NCBI GenBank assembly: GCA_951406725.2
Contig: OX597820.1
Coordinates: 78,368,001 to 78,432,000 of the forward strand
Origin: Octopus vulgaris
Lineage: Eukaryota
Direction of reading: 5' to 3'
DNA length: 64,000 nt
Positions 57,729 to 64,000 of the stretch are shown here, in pieces. Numbering within the stretch: position 1 is the stretch's first letter; the number at the start of each line of letters is the position of its first letter. A program made the position numbers and the translations under genes. The notes below the pieces were generated by a model. That model searched no databases, had not been told where the DNA came from, and was given only the letters and a program-made list of their open reading frames with translations.

Positions 57729-58224
57729 CATACATACATACATACATACATACATACATGTGTGTGTATGTATGCATTTTTATATCTTGTACTTATATAA
57801 ATATTGCTGCAAAGTCATAATGAAGATATAGAGACACAGTGCGCAGAAATATTTATGTTTATATATAAGCTTTATTTGTGAACATTTTACTTTCTGGTTG
57901 TATGTGTGGGTGGAATTTTAAGCGAGCGGGAGATCTTGTGCGTGCAAGAAGACGTGGGCTGGTCATCATTATCTCATCGATTGTTCTTATCGTTTGAAAT
58001 AATATACATAGATTTTGCATATGTTAATATAAAAGCGTTATACACATAATATTCTCATACGGATATACAATCATAGGCACACATGCGTACGAACACGCAC
58101 ATAAGAACGATATCCAAACGTGTGCGTGATAGCGTGCATGTATATGTGTGTGTGCATGTGTGTGTGTGTTTTTGTACGCGCGTGTGTGTCTGTGTGCGTG
58201 TTGTAAGAAGCTTGCAAGTGGGTG

Positions 58225-58590
58225 TGTTGTAAGAATCTTGCTTTCACAGCGCATGGTCGCGGGTTCGGTCCAACTGCATGGTCCCTTTGGCAAATGTCTT
58301 CTGCAATAGACCAGCCCGACCAAAGCCCTGTGAGTAGATTTAGGAAACGGATACTGAAAGAAGCCCGTAGCAAATGTGTGTGTGTGCGTGCCTGCGTTTG
58401 CTCCGCACCAAAGCTTGATAACCGGTGTTGATATGTTTATGTCCTTTTATCATATCGCTTCGACAAAAAAGAGAACGAGAGAATAATTACTAGGCTTTGA
58501 AAACTTAATCACTAGGGTCGAGTCGTTCCACTAATTTAATTCAAGATGGCCGCAATCCAATGACTGAAACAAGTAAAAGGTAAAGGATAT
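58225..58590 (+). mobile_element. Diverged SINE-A
   Basis: Head and ...TGACTGAAACAAGTAAAAG tail. Confidence 0.75.
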
Positions 58591-58717
58591 TTATTGGCGG
58601 TGCTCCGGCATGTCTACAGGCTTAGGGCTGAAGCATGAAGAAGAATAAAAGAATAAAAGAATAAAAGAATGTGTGTGTGTCTGTGTGTTTTTGTGTATGT
58701 ATGCGTACGTGTCTATA

Positions 58718-59511
58718 CTGGGTCATCCCATAAATAATTACTTCAAATTTTTGCCACAAGGGCAACTTGGGAGAGGTGGGATGAGTCGATTACATCAACC
58801 CCAGTGTTAAACTGGTACTTATTTTATCGAACCCGAAAGGATGAAAGGCAAAGTCGACCTCGGTGGAATTTGAACTCAGAACAAAGCGACGGTGAAATAC
58901 CGCTAAGCATTTCGTGCAGGGTGCTAACGGTTCTGCCAGCTCGCCCCTTTGGTCATCCCATAAATAATGCCGGTTTTTCAAAAGTCGGAAGTGGACAAGC
59001 TAAACTACCTGCATCAACTTGCTATAGAAGCAGGTAGTATTTTTACCTCATACTTATTCTTAGTGCAAGTTTTGAAGAGTGCAGTTGGATTTAACAGTTA
59101 TGTTTTCAAAGCTATAACGGAGGTGACAAAGGAGCATATTCGGCATATTTTGTTTTATGAGTTCAATAAAGGCAACAAAGCAACGGAAAGTGCGAGGAAT
59201 GTTAATGTAGTATATGGGGATCGGACAATAAGCGTAAGCCAATGTCAACAATGGTTCCAGAAATTCGGAGCTAGAAACTACAACCTGAAAGAAAAACCTC
59301 GTCCTGGAAGATCTGTAGAGCTTGACGAGACCCAGGTGGAACAAAATCCTGTTGTGACTGTTGAGGAACCAGCATAGAGGCTTCGATTTGGTCATTCAAC
59401 CATTCATCGACATCTGCGTACCATTGGAAAAGTCAACAAATTGGGTCAATGGCTTCCTCACAAACTTTCCGAGTCTCTATGCTCGGCCACATTACATATG
59501 GGATGACCCCA
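58718..59511 (+). mobile_element. Internally deleted mariner with a SINE-B (58739-58950, minus) inserted in its left TIR
   Basis: TIR GGGTCATCCCATA.. at both ends with TA flanks; EHIRHILFYEF..G HTH remnant; 18-bp TSD GGTCATCCCATAAATAAT at 58721 and 58951. Confidence 0.9.
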
Positions 59512-60182
59512 TATGTATACGAAAAAGTATTAACTGAACATTAATGGATTAGAATGCAAACAAGCGATTGAGTATTCTGTGGTGTGGCAGAGTTACTGTG
59601 TATTCATAACGCTGAGAATGATTGCCTAATTAAGTACAGGAACTCTCCAGCCTTTGTTCTCCTGACCAATGTCACTCAAATTTGCATGTTTCCGCAAAGT
59701 TATATTAAAGAAACCGTTGCCAAAGATTTCCATTTGATGTGGATGGAGCCTTGCTTTTGCGTCTGATGAGCACGCTTCTTAATAATTCAGCCATGCCGCA
59801 TCTACGCTCAACCATATTCACAGACATATGCACACAAGTGGAAACGGACAAATATGATGTATATTTACAGAAAAGTATGTTATGTAGATAGGTTCATATC
59901 TATAAATGCTCTAATATCTATACAGCGTTGGATTTTTTTATCTCATTACACAAAAAGTTCATATACATACATATATATATGTATATACATATATATATAT
60001 ATTTTTTTTTTTACATATATATATATATACACATACGCATAACACACATACACAGATGTTTGAATATCTGTGTGTGTGTGTGTACCACGACTTTGAACTT
60101 TCAGAACTTTCTGTACTTTTAAAATCAGTCCGTTAATACATTGCCATTCTCACTACTTTTTTACTTTTTATTCTTTTTATTC

Positions 60183-60219
<37 letters not shown>

Positions 60220-60310
60220 TCTCTCTCCTCTCTCTCACACTCTTCCCCTTTTTTACCGTTGAGCTCGACATTTTTTTGTTCATTCCCTGTCTATTTATTT
60301 CCTCTTATTC

Positions 60311-60346
60311 CTTTCTGTCGAAGAACATAGCCTCGAAACGTCAAAT
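60311..60346 (+). ncRNA. Degenerate copy of the PLE hammerhead-like motif in an old PLE 3'-end fragment (~60250-60425)
   Basis: CTTT-CTGTCGA-A-GAACATAGCCTC-GAAAC-GTC-AAA; downstream AGCG..AACTAATACA.TTG matches 12107-12130. Confidence 0.55.
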
Positions 60347-60704
60347 ACTGTTCCATTCTCCCAAGCGTCAAACTAATACATTTGCTTGTTCTTCCTACAC
60401 ATGTCATCGTATTTTGTTTTTCTCCACAGCACATTTACTTTAGCCTAATGTTCGACTTCATGCCGTATGTGGTGCTTGCGTTCGAACATTTGATAGTTGT
60501 ACAATATTGACTACAGGACCGTCTCAACCAGTGGAAACCAAGTATATGTTTTTTAGTAATGAACAGGGAACATACTTCGCCATGCCGGCCGGTTAGATCT
60601 GGTGACTTTGGATTGGGTGGGCAGGTTTCTGTTTATTTCCAGCCTTCTTCATATTTATTTCTCTTATTCTCTCTCTCCCTCTCTCACTCTACTACCCTCT
60701 TTCA

Positions 60705-60744
<40 letters not shown>

Positions 60745-61849
60745 CTACACTCTCACCCTCTCTACTATCCTCTCCCTTGGTCCTCTCTCTACTACTCACT
60801 CCTTCTTTCAATCTCTCCCTCTGTCGCTCTATCGTCCTCTCACTCTCTCTAACTCTGTCATTTTCTCTATTAGTCTCACCCGTCTTTAAATTTCTTCGTG
60901 TGTCGCGCTATCACGGTCCCACTCTCTACCTTTTGTCACTCCCTCTTTCTTCCAATGCTGTAATGCAAATTTTTGTTCGTGCCGTTTCCCTGTGTGCAAT
61001 TATTTTCAGTATAAACGATCTTAAAATTTTGAGGAAAATTCTATTAAGGGATATAAATAAGGTTGCTTCATAATTTTTTATTCCTAATTACTCGCCTGCG
61101 CAATTTTCTACTCCAACATTTTCTGCTAAGTAACTGTTGTCGCTAATGGCTTGCTGTATCGATCTTTTCTAATTGAAACACGCATCGGCGTCAATTTGGA
61201 AACAAGATCGCATCGAATACTGGCACAAAACATTGAAGCAATTTATTACAATCTTTATTTTTCTGCATTATACAAAGTTCACTGGAGGGGCCCATAGTTC
61301 GCATCCCTTCTCAGTCACTTCATTACGTCCGCCGTCAAGAACCGTATATGTTCAAATAGGCCAATGAATCTATCTAGCAGAATAGGAATTGTTTAATAAA
61401 TTAGTCAGCCTAAGAAAGCCAGTGACTATGATCTTCTCAAGCTCCAGACAATAATTCGCCGAGAATTTGCCGAGCTGAGCTGATTGGCTAATTATAGCCA
61501 ATGAAATGTGTCGTGCCCAATTTGCTAGATCGATTCATCTTTTTGGCACAAATTATATTTGAAATGAGTTTTGCCAATTAAATGAAATTATTTGCAGAAA
61601 CTATGGAAAGGTAGTAAGGGCAAAACACTACAGATTTAGTCTGGAAGTCAAATTCAGTAATGGTAACGGGAGAGAAAACAAAAAGACCAGATGAAGACGG
61701 GGGGCGACCAGCAAGTTAAGTAAAGAAGGTAACTTAATAAGTGGTTTTTAGTAACTAAAGTAACTAAAGCTTATTGATGAGTATAATCGAATGTCTATAT
61801 TTGCATACGAACTAAAATATTTGTGTGCAACAAAGTAATGTATAGATAG

Positions 61850-63600
61850 TAGCAAAACTCTAATGCCGGTTTTACCTGAGGGTTAACAAATGCTCAGGGC
61901 ATGAGAGATTTGTTTTAGGTCTGAATAAGAATTATAATAAAGTTTGTGGTCGCTATATAGGAGTAGGGATTTTGTGAACTGGCAATTGTAAAAGAAATAG
62001 ACATCTTTAGTTATTGTTATGTTATTGTTCATGACTAGAGAGAGAGTGAGACATGATTTTCCTTGATATAAGTAATGTTTGAGTATTGTAGTACTAAAGT
62101 AGAAGTTGGTTGTAATGTCTAATTCACGACTGTATTCGAGATTATTGTTTACAGGTGTGGTGTATGTAAGGTGTGAGGTGTTTAGGCCCTGTGCGGAGGA
62201 TATTACTCAATGAAAGCATAACGACAACTGGGTGTAATATCATCTGTATCGGAGCATGTAACAGTCGGAGTGAACGAGATATAATTTATGTCCAGGAAGG
62301 AGAATGTATGGAATCACTATCCAACACTAGAGTTTACCGGATTTCATAGAATGCTTTAGACAAAGATCCAGGGATGATATGTGCTACTATGATAACATCT
62401 GACATGAATTTCTGATTCAAATCAGAGAGACAGATTATAGGAGATAGGTCTGCACAAAAGTTAAGGGTTTCTGGAGTTAATCATATCAAATGGCCTGTTG
62501 GTAAGTCATCTCTCAATTATTGTCTCTCCGTGAGAAAGTGCTGTGGTGCGTCAAAAGGGAATTCTGTAGATTCCAGTTCGAATCAATATTCCTAAATGAA
62601 AATCCACTTTTTTCTTTCCAAGTAAAACATTTTGGTAACAACATATATATTCATAAGTACATGTATATATACTTGGTAAGTATTGAAATCGAGTTATTCG
62701 ATTACAATCCCTTAAAGGCGACCACCCAGCATGGCTGAAACAAATAAAATATATTTCTTTCACCAAATATTTCAAAGTAGCGAAGATAATTGCTTACAAT
62801 TGTCATCAGTTGCTTTGAGATACCAGAAGTCAGAGTAATAACCAGGAAGCTGTTATAATCAAAGTAGTTCTTCTTCGGAAAGGCTACATTGAAAGGGGCG
62901 GAGGGAATAACACCGCCGAGACCAGTTACATTTAGGAGGATGTAGGCGTTAACAAAAAGAAGCACTCTAGTGGCGAATTAAAGTCTCCTATCTAATAGAG
63001 GTCATTTACTACCCTCGAGTGTTGCAGACGATGCTTATAAACAGTTTCAAAAAATTATATTAACATATGCAAAAGACTTGTATAGGAATCTTCTGGCGAT
63101 ATCTCAATCACTTCAGATATTTAAGTGCTCTTCTTTATATATTCATTATTATATAATACTTAGTTTCGCTATCATCTGCGACAGCTACTTTTTTGCAGTA
63201 TTGTAGATGGTGATTTAATAACCAATTCCGAAAAACTGTATTAACATTCACAAATATTATATCAATATTTTCTTCCGTCAATTCTCTCAGCCATTCCATA
63301 ACTGTAAGTGCGCTTCTTTAATCATTCATTATATAATACCAAGTTTTTTTCGTATCTAAGTAATGAAGTCGTTGTAGCTGTTAATGTGAATATTATGCAC
63401 AAGCATAATGTTCATCCAAGTCTGAAATATTGTCGAAAGCTAAATCGAACTAATAACGCTTAATGGACATCAGAAAACAATATTAGTACCCTTTTCTTGT
63501 CATTTCTCCGTATGTTAAAATTGCAAATCGATGTACAGCTTCATATAAAACTAAATAATGAGTCTTCAAAGTGTGACTAGAAATTGTTATATATAAGTTC
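61850..63600 (-). mobile_element. Very decayed APE-type LINE (L2/Jockey-like) RT region
   Basis: KKN...ITLTSGISKQLMTIVSN, a DTDD remnant and VKPALEFC; SINE tail fragment inserted at ~62690-62750. Confidence 0.55.
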
Positions 63601-63729
63601 CAGTCATGTCGACGGAGAAAATACTTTGGGGCATTGATTTTACTTCAAATTCTGCTGAGGTAAATTTAGCCCTCCATCATTCCGCATTTAATAAGATAAA
63701 ATCCAGTCAAACACTAAAATCTCCTTTGG

Positions 63730-63895
63730 AGGCGCATGGCTCAGCGGTTAGGGTGTTATACTGATGATTGAATAATTGTGGTTTCGAATCCTTGACTGGG
63801 TGACGTTGTGTTCTTGAGCAAAACATTTCATTTTGAGTGGGGACGGACCGGTGTCCCGGCCCTTATGAGTCGGAACGACTCGATAATGTAACTTT
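63730..63895 (+). mobile_element. SINE-C (deleted)
   Basis: GGCGCATGGCTCAGCGGTTAGG...TTCGAATCC...TTGTGTTCTTGAGCAAAACA. Confidence 0.75.
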
Positions 63896-64000
63896 ACTTT
63901 ACCTTTTGTAATCCCCCTTCATTTTGGTAAGATAGAATTGTGCGTCTGGTTTCTTTTTTATTGCCACAAGCATAAGGCGCAGCGATAGATATTTCAAAGG

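Noticed and set aside
61483-61502. Inverted CCAAT pair ATTGGCTA-ATTA-TAGCCAAT as a regulatory site
   Set aside because: An 8-bp palindrome with no supporting gene context

Overview
AT-rich eukaryotic repeat-dominated DNA. It is most likely from an octopus (inference from its tRNA-derived SINE families and extreme microsatellite load). No host protein-coding gene is recognisable, and nearly all listed ORFs are translated microsatellites. The window contains three tRNA-SINE families (called A, B, C here), a 5'-truncated Neptune-type Penelope-like element (PLE), R4/Dong, HERO, CR1/L2 and Tx1/L1 LINE remnants, mariner, Tc1 and DD37D transposons, a Merlin-like MITE carrying (CCCTAA)4, a Helentron-associated element and a long-TIR fold-back element. 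The main signal is about ten type-I hammerhead ribozyme (HHR) motifs in about six sequence families. Most lie in short non-coding cassettes inside (TA)n tracts, and several share a PLE-like 'tails-out' inverted or partial-tandem layout. They look like a set of non-autonomous ribozyme-carrying retroelements (PLE pLTR/retrozyme-like). Secondary signals are (TATC)n-associated Tx1 elements, ORF1-only (HAL1-like) derivatives, a SINE sharing its 3' end with those LINEs, and (CATA)n-associated R4/Dong copies. All calls were made by eye; boundaries of decayed elements are approximate.
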